A stretch of 64,000 nt of DNA from a virus. Positions 50,754-59,184 of this stretch are shown here, piece after piece. A program made the position numbers and the translations under genes. Numbering within the stretch: the stretch's first letter is position 1; every line of letters starts with the position of its first letter. The notes beneath the pieces were generated by a model. That model did no database searches. It saw nothing but the letters and a program-made list of their open reading frames with translations, and had not been told where the DNA came from. The stretch is taken from IMG/VR virus record IMGVR_UViG_3300035698_003862, positions 2,401-66,400 of that record; one strand, given 5' to 3'.

Positions 50754-51983
50754 ATGGAACACACATGGCCAATGTTATACAAGTTGACAAGCACCGGGAA
50801 GATCCAAGAGTGGCTCATCTCAGTGGCAGGTAATGTCATGACTACTGTTCACGGACAGCAGGGTGGCAAGAAGCAGACTGACGTGGAGACGATCATGTCG
50901 GGTAAGAACATCGGGCGTAAGAACGAGACGTCACCAGAGGAGCAGGCCTTCAATGAGGCCCGGGCAAAGTGGGAGAAGAAGCTCAAGGGCGAATATGTTA
51001 AGACTGCAGAAGGGGCCCTAGCAGGTGAGAGTAGTGATCTAATCCAAGGTGGAATCCTACCTATGCTGGCACATAAGTACAGGGACTTTCCTGATAAAAT
51101 ACTGTTCCCGGCATATACACAACCTAAGCTGGACGGCTTCCGTTGTATCGCTATCATTAAGGACGGTAAGTGTACGCTTTGGTCACGTAAGCGTAATCAA
51201 ATTACGTCGGTGCCACATATAGTGGACGCCGTAGAGGCATTGGGATTCAAGGATTTTGTGCTTGACGGAGAATTATTCAATCCATCATATAATGATGACT
51301 TTGAGACTATCTCTCATCTGGTTAAGCGCGACGTGCCTTGTTTAGGCGGCGTGGATTGTGATCGTAAGCTTGCACGTGGTGGACCCTGTAAGGGTTACAC
51401 CGAGGTGCAGTATCATGTGTATGATGCTGTTATTAAGACTCGTGACTTCCAAGAGCGTTGGGCCATTGTCGAACCACAGATCACGGCGTGGATTCGTCAG
51501 CGTACTGTGGACGACTACCCAATTCCAATTGTGGCTGTGGAAACTCATCTGGTAAATAGCCACGAAGAGCTCATGGCTATTGTTGAGAGTAATCCTGATA
51601 GCTTCCTGGAACAGGGCTACGAGGGGGGCATGCTGCGCGCATCATCCGGGCAGTACGAACACAAGAAGGGATACGTACTCCTCAAAATTAAATTATATGA
51701 TGATGACGAGTTCTTAGTAGTTGATGTGAAAGAAGGCCGCGGTAGGATGGCGGGTAAGGCGGTATTTATCTGTCGTATTCCTGACGATTTCGGAAATCCA
51801 AAAGCTGCTATAGGCGCACAGTTCTCTGCTAAAATGGCTGGTAAGATCAATGAGCTAAAGCAGTACGTTGATGATCCGTCATTGGCCATAGGCCGAGAGG
51901 TTACTGTTCAGTATCAGGGCTTCACTAACAAGGAGCGTGTACCTAGATTTCCTGTAGTGCTAAGGTTCCGTGAGGACCTATAG
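50754..51983 (+). CDS. ATP-dependent DNA ligase with N-terminal WGR-like domain
   Basis: PMLA, QPKLDGFRC, LDGEL, GYEG, LLKIK, PRFPV. Confidence 0.9.
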   Translation: MEHTWPMLYKLTSTGKIQEWLISVAGNVMTTVHGQQGGKKQTDVETIMSGKNIGRKNETSPEEQAFNEARAKWEKKLKGEYVKTAEGALAGESSDLIQGGILPMLAHKYRDFPDKILFPAYTQPKLDGFRCIAIIKDGKCTLWSRKRNQITSVPHIVDAVEALGFKDFVLDGELFNPSYNDDFETISHLVKRDVPCLGGVDCDRKLARGGPCKGYTEVQYHVYDAVIKTRDFQERWAIVEPQITAWIRQRTVDDYPIPIVAVETHLVNSHEELMAIVESNPDSFLEQGYEGGMLRASSGQYEHKKGYVLLKIKLYDDDEFLVVDVKEGRGRMAGKAVFICRIPDDFGNPKAAIGAQFSAKMAGKINELKQYVDDPSLAIGREVTVQYQGFTNKERVPRFPVVLRFREDL

Positions 51984-52149
51984 CTCTCCAGCTTACGTAC
52001 CACCAGGGCCTGACCACTTTGGTCGGGCCCTGGTGCAGACAGTTACACCAAAGTTTGTTAGGAGTATTGACAAGCTATGAACATGCCGTCAGGACATACG
52101 GCAGATACTAACCGAGAATTCGATCAGAGACAGATTAGGAGTTGACAAC

Positions 52150-52548
52150 ATGGACGCACGAGGACAATTCACAGTAACGGTAAAGAAAACGACGTTGCTT
52201 GAGAAGCTGATAGCCAATCGAGCCGCGATGGCTACAGTGTACGAAGAAGCCATGGTTGGTTACAGGAAGGCGATCGCAGAATGGGCATACGGACTTTCTG
52301 AGCAGACAGCTGCATGGGCAGTTGATGCTGCGTGCGCAAAGACACCATCGTTGTACTGCCAGTTGAGTGAGCCTGAGAACCACCTCGCCGAATACGACCG
52401 GCTCATCGGTCTGTTTACCGACGCGGAGGATGAGACCATCGAGATCACAACTGATCAGCATGCGGCATTCATGCAGAACAAGTGGGCTTGGATGGAGCAT
52501 GCCAAGATATCAATGTCGGCGTACACCGCCCGCGCATCGGATCTGTAA
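52150..52548 (+). CDS. Hypothetical protein
   Basis: AGGAG RBS; PENHLAEYDR motif. Confidence 0.65.
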   Translation: MDARGQFTVTVKKTTLLEKLIANRAAMATVYEEAMVGYRKAIAEWAYGLSEQTAAWAVDAACAKTPSLYCQLSEPENHLAEYDRLIGLFTDAEDETIEITTDQHAAFMQNKWAWMEHAKISMSAYTARASDL

Positions 52549-52558
52549 TTGACATAAT

Positions 52559-52672
52559 GCTTAGGTGTGGGTGTAGCCGCGTAACCGACCTGCAGGGAAG
52601 GGAAAAGCTGAACACAGCCGTGATGATTTAATCATTACCGCGTAGGGGTGTGAGTCCCCCACCTGAGCTCCA
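52559..52672 (+). ncRNA. tRNA-shaped RNA with 9/4 acceptor/T fold and CCA end
   Basis: GCTTAGGTG/CACCTGAGC-T-CCA; GGGG-TGTGAGT-CCCC; no canonical anticodon arm. Confidence 0.5.
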
Positions 52673-52766
52673 TTTTGTACAGCCGAGTCGGTCTGCTCTC
52701 TCCGCCTACTAGTATTCGTAGGTTGTAGTATTGCCGGCTCGGCTGTCTTTCGTAGGAGGGAATCAT

Positions 52767-52976
52767 ATGCCATTAGTAGTACAAGCACTTGAGAAAGTAC
52801 CTGACGATGACGGCAATAACGAGGTGGCTTTTGACGACGTTAAGAGCGCATTGGTAGATCTCGTAGGTAAGGGCGAAGTCACCAAGGCAGAAGCAGCACA
52901 GACGCGAACACACAGAGGAAGGAATATTGTTATGAGGAGGACTTCTATGGAGGTCAGTAAGAAGGCTATGTTATGA
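52767..52976 (+). CDS. Small hypothetical protein
   Basis: AGGAGG RBS. Confidence 0.5.
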   Translation: MPLVVQALEKVPDDDGNNEVAFDDVKSALVDLVGKGEVTKAEAAQTRTHRGRNIVMRRTSMEVSKKAML

Positions 52977-53735
52977 GTAACATATTTTTCTCCGCTGACC
53001 TCCATTAGTTACGATTTTCACGATAACATTCGTGTGCATGCACATCGTCCGTGGAAGAACGAGGATGAGATGCATCATGCGATGATGACGAACTTCAACG
53101 CGATGGTGAGCAGGAAAGATATGTTGTACATTATCGGGGATGCAGCTTGGAAACAGCATCATAGGTTGATAGCTGATTTGCATTGCAAGAAGACGTTGAT
53201 CATCGGTAATCATGACAAGCAGCCACAGCAGGTGTTACGCAACTATAGCGACGTTGTCGGCAGCAACAAGCGACCGGGCATCTTAGAGCTGACGTTGGCT
53301 AAGCAGCTCGTTGTGTTGTGCCATTTTCCGATGGCCTCGTGGCGATCGGCCTGTCACGGTAGCTGGCATTTTCATGGCCACTCACATGGCTTTACAACAG
53401 AGTACCCTGACATGTTGCGTTGCGACGTGGGCGTGGATGTTTGGGATTACAAACCAGTTCCGTGGGACGTATTACGCCTCAAGATGGAGGCACGTATACC
53501 AGCATGGAAGGAACGGCGAAGGCAGCGGGAACGCGACATCGCATTAGAAGATCATGATACACAACTAGCGCCAGTACGATCTGAGAACGATGGGTTCCGG
53601 ACGGCGCACAACGAAGGAGCAAGACCCAATGGCAACCAAGAAGACAACAGGAGCAGGAGCAGCACCGGCAGCAGCGGCAGGCAAGACACGCAAGGAGCGT
53701 GTAAAACAGCAGCTGATCTACCAATTCCTCACTGA
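52973..53735 (+). pseudogene. Calcineurin-like phosphoesterase interrupted by 7 extra nt including TAG (pseudogene or recoded)
   Basis: MSNIFFSADLH-stop; the +1 frame resumes DFHDNI...IIGD, IGNHD, CHFP, HGHSH, DVGVD. Confidence 0.7.
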
Positions 53736-53940
53736 TATTCCTATCGGTGATGACACGACAGAAGAGCAGTTCGTTGATGTCAAGACACTGAAGGCGTCCG
53801 AGGTCATCGCCGCTAAGAAGGAGATAGGCGTACTCGCCAATAAGGATCCAGATACCTTTATTGGTAAGAAGGTGCGGATCATTGCGGTGAAGGACGAGTT
53901 CCCGATCCAGGGCAAACTGGAGATTTCGTTAGGGGATTAG
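53629..53940 (+). CDS. Hypothetical protein
   Basis: AAGGAG RBS. Confidence 0.6.
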   Translation: MATKKTTGAGAAPAAAAGKTRKERVKQQLIYQFLTDIPIGDDTTEEQFVDVKTLKASEVIAAKKEIGVLANKDPDTFIGKKVRIIAVKDEFPIQGKLEISLGD

Positions 53941-53970
53941 CGTAAGCGGGAAAATCTTTGCGATTTTCTC

Positions 53971-54000
53971 TTGCAATGCGTTACCGGCTCCACCTATACT
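53971..54000 (+). promoter_or_regulatory. Sigma70-like promoter upstream of the tRNA cluster
   Basis: TTGCAA-18 bp-TATACT. Confidence 0.55.
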
Positions 54001-54114
54001 CGGCCCTGTCTTAAGAGACTACCCAGTCTCGGGCAACGACACATCAGAACAGTCTAATACGCAAACGATTTGCGTGCGTGATGCGTTGGGGGTTGGGTAA
54101 GGAGGAGAAGGAAG

Positions 54115-54294
54115 ATGCTTACACTAACTATCGATAATCCGTTCATGGAACGCCAACTCAAGAAGGCTGCGCAGGTGCAGCACAAGAGCGTTACTGGACT
54201 ACTCGTGGACACATTTGTCATGCTGGGCCTGGGTAATGCCGTGTACAGCTACGACGCCACTAAGCAACCTCAACCTCAACCACGGCCAGCCTAG
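54115..54294 (+). CDS. Small protein, possibly ribbon-helix-helix
   Basis: AGGAGG RBS; MLTLTIDNPFMERQLKKAAQVQHKSVTGLL (59 aa, below the ORF-track cutoff). Confidence 0.45.
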   Translation: MLTLTIDNPFMERQLKKAAQVQHKSVTGLLVDTFVMLGLGNAVYSYDATKQPQPQPRPA

Positions 54295-54300
54295 TATTGT

Positions 54301-54374
54301 TGGGGTATGGTGTAGTGGTCGCACGAACGGCTCTGGACCGTTAAGTCTGAGTTCGATTCTCGGTGCCCCAGCCA
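54301..54374 (+). tRNA. tRNA-Gln(CTG)
   Basis: AACGG-CTCTGGA-CCGTT; encoded CCA. Confidence 0.9.
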
Positions 54375-54382
54375 GGAGGAAC

Positions 54383-54610
54383 ATGTCAAAATCTGCACAG
54401 GAAATCCAAGCAGAATTCAAGGGTTATGTGCGTAACATCAAAGACGCATGCGATAAGCAGGACGGGAAACCGTATGACAATTCACCGGGGGCGCGTGAGG
54501 CCAGAGGGCGTGCCAGGGTGGATGGGCTATTCACTGGGCTATTCGGCGACGATCTAGATGATGCCCTTGGCGGAACCGATCCGATAAGCGAGATATTCAA
54601 GCAGAAGTAA
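54383..54610 (+). CDS. Hypothetical protein
   Basis: AGGAGG RBS. Confidence 0.5.
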   Translation: MSKSAQEIQAEFKGYVRNIKDACDKQDGKPYDNSPGAREARGRARVDGLFTGLFGDDLDDALGGTDPISEIFKQK

Positions 54611-54635
54611 ACACGAAAGCAAAGGAGATACAGCG

Positions 54636-55088
54636 ATGTCCACTAAAGGACAACCAGAACTCAGTTACTACTACCTACGCGACGAGGACAATCATCCCAT
54701 TGCCTGCGTAGCTATCGGTCAGAATGAAGACCGAATCGTCAGTCGCGGGATTGCAATCTGCTCGACAGGGATTAGCAGCATCAAACAGGGCCGGGATCAG
54801 TGGTCCAAGAAGGAAGGCCGTAAGCGTGCCACAGCTCGGTGTCGCCGTGCTATGGGTACCAAGGGTGTTGGTGATCAGGCGAAACCAGAGAAGATCGGTG
54901 TAGAGCTACGTAACAGACGACCTATCCCTGACAGCGTTATGTCATTCATGCGTCTGTTCCCTCACTTCGTCTATAAGTCTGCGTATGGTGTGGTTCCCAC
55001 AGAACGTGAAGCTAACATCATCACGAAGGCCAACGACGCTCGTGCTAAAGTAACGCCGGCATCGGTTAAGACAGACAGCAAAGCTTGA
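54636..55088 (+). CDS. Hypothetical phage protein
   Basis: AAGGAG RBS; GIAICS...DQWSKKEGR..A..R motif. Confidence 0.65.
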   Translation: MSTKGQPELSYYYLRDEDNHPIACVAIGQNEDRIVSRGIAICSTGISSIKQGRDQWSKKEGRKRATARCRRAMGTKGVGDQAKPEKIGVELRNRRPIPDSVMSFMRLFPHFVYKSAYGVVPTEREANIITKANDARAKVTPASVKTDSKA

Positions 55089-55152
55089 CACAGTAGCCAC
55101 GTCGTGGCACACTGCTGGTTGATGTAGGGCCACATACGTGTGGCCCTTTGTT

Positions 55153-55227
55153 GCGCCCATCGTCTACCGGTTAGGACACTAGGTTTTCATCCTAGTAAAG
55201 GGGGTTCGATTCCCCCTGGGCGTTCCA
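55153..55227 (+). tRNA. tRNA-Glu(TTC)
   Basis: CTAGG-TTTTCAT-CCTAG; CCA. Confidence 0.9.
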
Positions 55228-55305
55228 GGAGTTTGAAATGAATACGACACTTTTGATAGCAGTAATCATCGCATTGTTCTTGTTACTCAAACCACGTCCA
55301 CCGAG

Positions 55306-55382
55306 GGGCGCGTAGCTCAGTTGGTCAGAGCACTGCCCTGATAAGGCAGGGGTCGGAGATTCGAGTTCTCCCGCGCCCACCA
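55306..55382 (+). tRNA. tRNA-Ile(GAT)
   Basis: CTGCC-CTGATAA-GGCAG; CCA. Confidence 0.9.
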
Positions 55383-55384
55383 AT

Positions 55385-56239
55385 AGCCCCGTGGCTGAAT
55401 CGGCAGGCACAGGGAAAATCATTGACTTTACTCTTTTACTAGCGTGTGGGAAAGGGAGTAATATGTACACAGATGAACGTAAACAAGAATTACGACAGGC
55501 CGTGGTAAAAAATGTGAGTATCGCTGGCGTACTTCGTAGTATGGGTTTAAGACTGGCTGGCGGTGGTTACGCTATTGTACGAAAGTATATTAAGGAAATG
55601 GACTTAGATACTAGTCACTTTCTTGGTCAGAGTCATTGGAAAGGTAAGTCTCTTCCGTGCAACAAGCAAATTCCATTATCCGAAATACTAATTAACGGAA
55701 GCTTGTATCAGTCAAGTAAGTTAGCTAAGCGGTTACTGAAGGAGGGGTTTTTTACTGCACAATGTAGTCGGTGCAAGGGGACAGCGTGGCAGGGGCAGCC
55801 AATACCACTTGAGTTAGATCACATCAACGGTGATAGAGAAGACCATCGAATCGAAAACTTAAGGTTTTTGTGCTCAAATTGTCATGCGCTTACAAGTACA
55901 TATCGAGGTCGAAATATACATGTAGAGCCTAAGCAACATCTGTGTGCCACGTGTGGGTGTATGATAAGTGAACAGTCAAAAAGTGGTATGTGTATTCGAT
56001 GTGTTAAAAAGACAACGTGCTTTTTAGCAAAGAAATTTAAGTTTAACGCAAGCCAAATGAAACAAGCAATTAGGGAGGTACAAGATGGTGTCCGAGTTTC
56101 AGCTGTAGCTGATAGCCTCGGAGTGTCAGGCACAACAGTTAAGCGTTGGGTTAAAAGATATAACGCAACTAGCAGAATACAACAAGTGTAGTCGCCTATC
56201 CGAAAGGGTGTATCGGTGCGATCCCAATCGTGGCTATCA
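55385..56239 (+). other. Degenerate type II tRNA split around an HNH gene
   Basis: 5' half AGCCCCG-TGGCTGAATCGGCAGGC; 3' half variable arm TATCC-GAAA-GGGTG, T-like arm, CGTGGCT-A-TCA. Confidence 0.5.
55463..56191 (+). CDS. Free-standing HNH homing endonuclease with C-terminal HTH
   Basis: LELDHINGDREDHRIENLRFLCSNCH; VADSLGVSGTTVKRW; AT-rich. Confidence 0.88.
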   Translation: MYTDERKQELRQAVVKNVSIAGVLRSMGLRLAGGGYAIVRKYIKEMDLDTSHFLGQSHWKGKSLPCNKQIPLSEILINGSLYQSSKLAKRLLKEGFFTAQCSRCKGTAWQGQPIPLELDHINGDREDHRIENLRFLCSNCHALTSTYRGRNIHVEPKQHLCATCGCMISEQSKSGMCIRCVKKTTCFLAKKFKFNASQMKQAIREVQDGVRVSAVADSLGVSGTTVKRWVKRYNATSRIQQV

Positions 56240-56254
56240 AATGAATTTATGAAC

Positions 56255-56338
56255 GGGTGAGTGGTGGAATGGCAGACACGCGAAATATAAGATTTTGTGC
56301 CTCACGGCTTGCGGGTTCGAGTCCCGCCTCGCCTACCA
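56255..56338 (+). tRNA. tRNA-Leu(TAA), with A at position 33
   Basis: GTGGAATGGCAGACAC D-arm, loop TATAAGA, long variable arm, A73-CCA. Confidence 0.8.
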
Positions 56339-56350
56339 ACAAGGAGAGAT

Positions 56351-57199
56351 ATGAGTAACATGATGACTGGTCTGTTAGGACCAACAGCAGGTGGTATCCG
56401 AGTATCAGGTACTCATTTCATACGTAGAACTGAATTCCTGTTCGGCTTGATCAGTTTCAAGCAGCCCTACAACATCGTAGGTAAGGCTGTTGATTGGGCA
56501 GTGCACGATAACTGGCATATGTTCAAGCAGCGCGTCAAGGAAGACAAGGGGCTGAAGGTAAACCTATATGCCGCATACGCCGCTCCTGGGCTGTGTAAGC
56601 CGCTCTACAAGCCAAATGATGGTGGGCGTCCCTACACTGACAATAAGACGCTTGCACGCAACAGCCGCTACTGGGAGCAGGTCGATAAACGTGTGCGTTA
56701 CGCGGCTGCACATGGGATCTCAGTGATCATAGCCAACACATTCGTGGACCAGGGCATCACACGTAAGTATCCTATCAGCACGTTACGTGACGACTGGACG
56801 CGTACAGTGCAGCGATATCGCAAGTCCAGTGCTCTGTTCTTCCCGCTCAGTGAGTACGATGAGCATGGATCGGATGGTGTTAACTTAGGCTTAGAGCTGG
56901 CGCGTGTCACCAATGCCAATACACAAGGCCCGGTGAGTTTGCACCCGATTAAGTCTTGTGGTAAGCATTCAGGTCATGTAGATTTCATAACGCACCAGGG
57001 CTGGAGTGTTGAGCGTATCAACTTGGACAAGCGATTGGGTAAGCCAATCATCGTTGTCGAAGACCAGAAGGCCGGCGACGACCCGGGGCTGAAGATTGCG
57101 CGCTTTAAGCAGGCTCGTGCACTTGGGGTGACCTACGTGTTTACGGGAAGTCACAGTGGATGGAGTGAGGCTGAGAAGCAGTTCCTTCGATCGTTGTAA
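56351..57199 (+). CDS. Putative TIM-barrel glycoside hydrolase-like protein
   Basis: YWEQVDKRVRYAAAHGI, SEYD, SLHP, KPIIVVE resemble clan GH-A. Confidence 0.5.
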   Translation: MSNMMTGLLGPTAGGIRVSGTHFIRRTEFLFGLISFKQPYNIVGKAVDWAVHDNWHMFKQRVKEDKGLKVNLYAAYAAPGLCKPLYKPNDGGRPYTDNKTLARNSRYWEQVDKRVRYAAAHGISVIIANTFVDQGITRKYPISTLRDDWTRTVQRYRKSSALFFPLSEYDEHGSDGVNLGLELARVTNANTQGPVSLHPIKSCGKHSGHVDFITHQGWSVERINLDKRLGKPIIVVEDQKAGDDPGLKIARFKQARALGVTYVFTGSHSGWSEAEKQFLRSL

Positions 57200-57273
57200 C
57201 AGTGTGTTACCAGGGTGAACAGGCAAACAGGGCAGTTTGAACGTACTGCCAGCCCCAACCCTTTGGATGTTAT

Positions 57274-57348
57274 TTGGGAGTAGCTCAATGGTAGAGCGGA
57301 TGGCTGTTAACCATCAGGTTGCTGGTTCGAGTCCAGCCTCCCAAGCCA
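57274..57348 (+). tRNA. tRNA-Asn(GTT)
   Basis: GATGG-CTGTTAA-CCATC; G73-CCA. Confidence 0.92.
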
Positions 57349-57360
57349 TGGATTAGTTGT

Positions 57361-58296
57361 ATGTGCCTAAAGATCCACAACGTCAGTAGTATGAGTGAAC
57401 CGTGGCTGCGGTTGAATGGTTGCGAGATCACTACACCCGAAGCCGCTGACTTCATCGTTTATGAGCAGCGAGGTGATCTAGGACTCAAGCGTACGATAAC
57501 GCAGTTGAAGCACAAGTATCCAACCAATAAGCTGGTATTCATTAACGTGTCAGATATGCGTTTGGTTGACGATAAGCATATATGGTTCGTACAAAACTGC
57601 ACTACAATAACTGACAGTATTCATCAAATCTACACACATAATCCAAGGATATGGAGTTATATTCAGGAGGAGCATGTAGCGAAAGATATGACGGGTCATT
57701 TTGCTGGTAGGTTATGGGGAATACCGGCACGACAATCCTTACTTAAAACTTCTGCTAGGTGGGAGATAACCGAACGCACTGGCGAATTCGTGAAGCTTAA
57801 AGATAGAGCTACGATATCTACAGATACATACAAGAAGATGCGACGTTCAGTGTATACGCTTTGTCCTAGAGGTATGGGCCCATCTAGTATGCGGGTGGTT
57901 GAGGCACTTGCGTGTAGCTCTGTGCCTATCTTAATCGACGACAACACGAATCCGTACGGGGATAACTTTGGGGACTTGGTCATAAGACTGAAGGCCAGCG
58001 ATGTTGCTAACCTCGATCAGATAATTGACGATTTGCCAACACCAGACGCTGCTGTGTTTCAAGCGTGTCGGGACTACTATGTGCACAACATATGTCCTGA
58101 TCTGTTACGTGATCCAGAGCTACCGTGGGCTGTTGCGGCAGGTTGCTCCCACAGGATCGTACGTATACTCGAAGACATCTTACTTAGCAGGCGGGGTCGC
58201 ATAGCGGCAATTGCGGCAGACTGTAAATCTGTTCCTTCGGTTTCGGAGGTTCGAGTCCTCCCCCGCCACCATAACGTATCATATATGGTACATTAA
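57361..58296 (+). CDS. Exostosin/GT47-like glycosyltransferase
   Basis: SVYTLCPRGMGPSSMRVVEALACSSVPILI; 3' end reads through tRNA-Tyr. Confidence 0.75.
   Translation: MCLKIHNVSSMSEPWLRLNGCEITTPEAADFIVYEQRGDLGLKRTITQLKHKYPTNKLVFINVSDMRLVDDKHIWFVQNCTTITDSIHQIYTHNPRIWSYIQEEHVAKDMTGHFAGRLWGIPARQSLLKTSARWEITERTGEFVKLKDRATISTDTYKKMRRSVYTLCPRGMGPSSMRVVEALACSSVPILIDDNTNPYGDNFGDLVIRLKASDVANLDQIIDDLPTPDAAVFQACRDYYVHNICPDLLRDPELPWAVAAGCSHRIVRILEDILLSRRGRIAAIAADCKSVPSVSEVRVLPRHHNVSYMVH
58190..58271 (+). tRNA. tRNA-Tyr(GTA)
   Basis: GCAGA-CTGTAAA-TCTGT; variable arm; CCA. Confidence 0.9.
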
Positions 58297-58344
58297 CCCG
58301 GGTTAATGTGCATAAATAGCAACATAGCGCCACTTGGAGCATTG

Positions 58345-58599
58345 ATGATTGATGTAGTTTTAACTTGGCTTATGTCCGGACTTGGTATTTTGTTCCTGTG
58401 GCTTGTCGGTAAACGACACCGCTGGTGCTGGTACCTATCACTCTTCTCGTAGGTCCTGTGGTACGTATGGATTGTCAGGACGGACACCTGGGGACTACTA
58501 CCAGTCACGACGGCGTATACCGTATTGGCCATCAGGAATCACATATTGTGGAAATCATCGGGGGCGTATAGCTCAGCTGATAGAGCAGCGGATTCTTAA
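58345..58599 (+). pseudogene. Small PnuC-like membrane protein with in-frame TAG at 58450-58452
   Basis: MIDVVLTWLMSGLGILFLWLVGKRHRWCWYLSLFS-amber-VLWYVWIVRTDTWGLLP...RNHILWK; GGAG RBS. Confidence 0.6.
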
Positions 58600-58637
58600 T
58601 CCGCGGGTCAGGGGTTTGAATCCCTTTACGCCCACCA
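58562..58637 (+). tRNA. tRNA-Lys(CTT)
   Basis: GCGGA-TTCTTAA-TCCGC; CCA. Confidence 0.9.
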
Positions 58638-58638
58638 T

Positions 58639-58716
58639 GGAGACATAGCTCAGTAGGTTAGAGCATCGGCCTGTCGAGGTCGAGGGTCGTGGGTTCGAGT
58701 CCCACTGTCTCCGCCA
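58639..58716 (+). tRNA. tRNA-Asp(GTC) with 8-nt anticodon loop
   Basis: TCGGC-CTGTCGAG-GTCGA; G73-CCA. Confidence 0.8.
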
Positions 58717-58731
58717 ACATAGAAGGGACAT

Positions 58732-58953
58732 ATGGAACAGAAGTACGTAGCAGCTGACTGCGTCACAGCAGGTGAGCTCAGAGGACGTGGGATAGTTGTA
58801 CCGGATCAGGTACCAGATGATGCATGGGCGGATAGAAAACGCATTCAGATTGAAGTCATAGGGTCGGCGCCATACCCGGGTATGACACGTGTGGATGTTA
58901 AGATACCATTCGTAACAGTGGCTGAGCACATTGAGTTGCAGTTAACAGTATAG
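58732..58953 (+). CDS. Hypothetical protein
   Basis: AAGGGA RBS. Confidence 0.5.
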   Translation: MEQKYVAADCVTAGELRGRGIVVPDQVPDDAWADRKRIQIEVIGSAPYPGMTRVDVKIPFVTVAEHIELQLTV

Positions 58954-59184
58954 GGGGATGTAGCATGGCTATGACATTGGGGACACGAGGCGAAGACGGT
59001 AAGAGCCTGATCAGAGACACAGACCAGTTCAAGAAGAACCTGGCTTTAGTCAGCTTTGCGGGTCGAAAGACGAAGATGGTTTCGCGTGTGCGTGGTGGTA
59101 AGAGGACCTATTCCTATGGGTCAGATAAATGACATCCGGAATTGCAATGCATGCTGAATGAGCTTTCGGATGTGGAGGCTTAGC

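Noticed and set aside
57200-57272. Small stem-loop element before tRNA-Asn
   Set aside because: Short stems only; cannot be distinguished from a terminator or processing hairpin
58954-59180. RNase P RNA
   Set aside because: Lacks the conserved GAGGAAAGUCC and 3' P4 motifs; kept only as an unknown RNA
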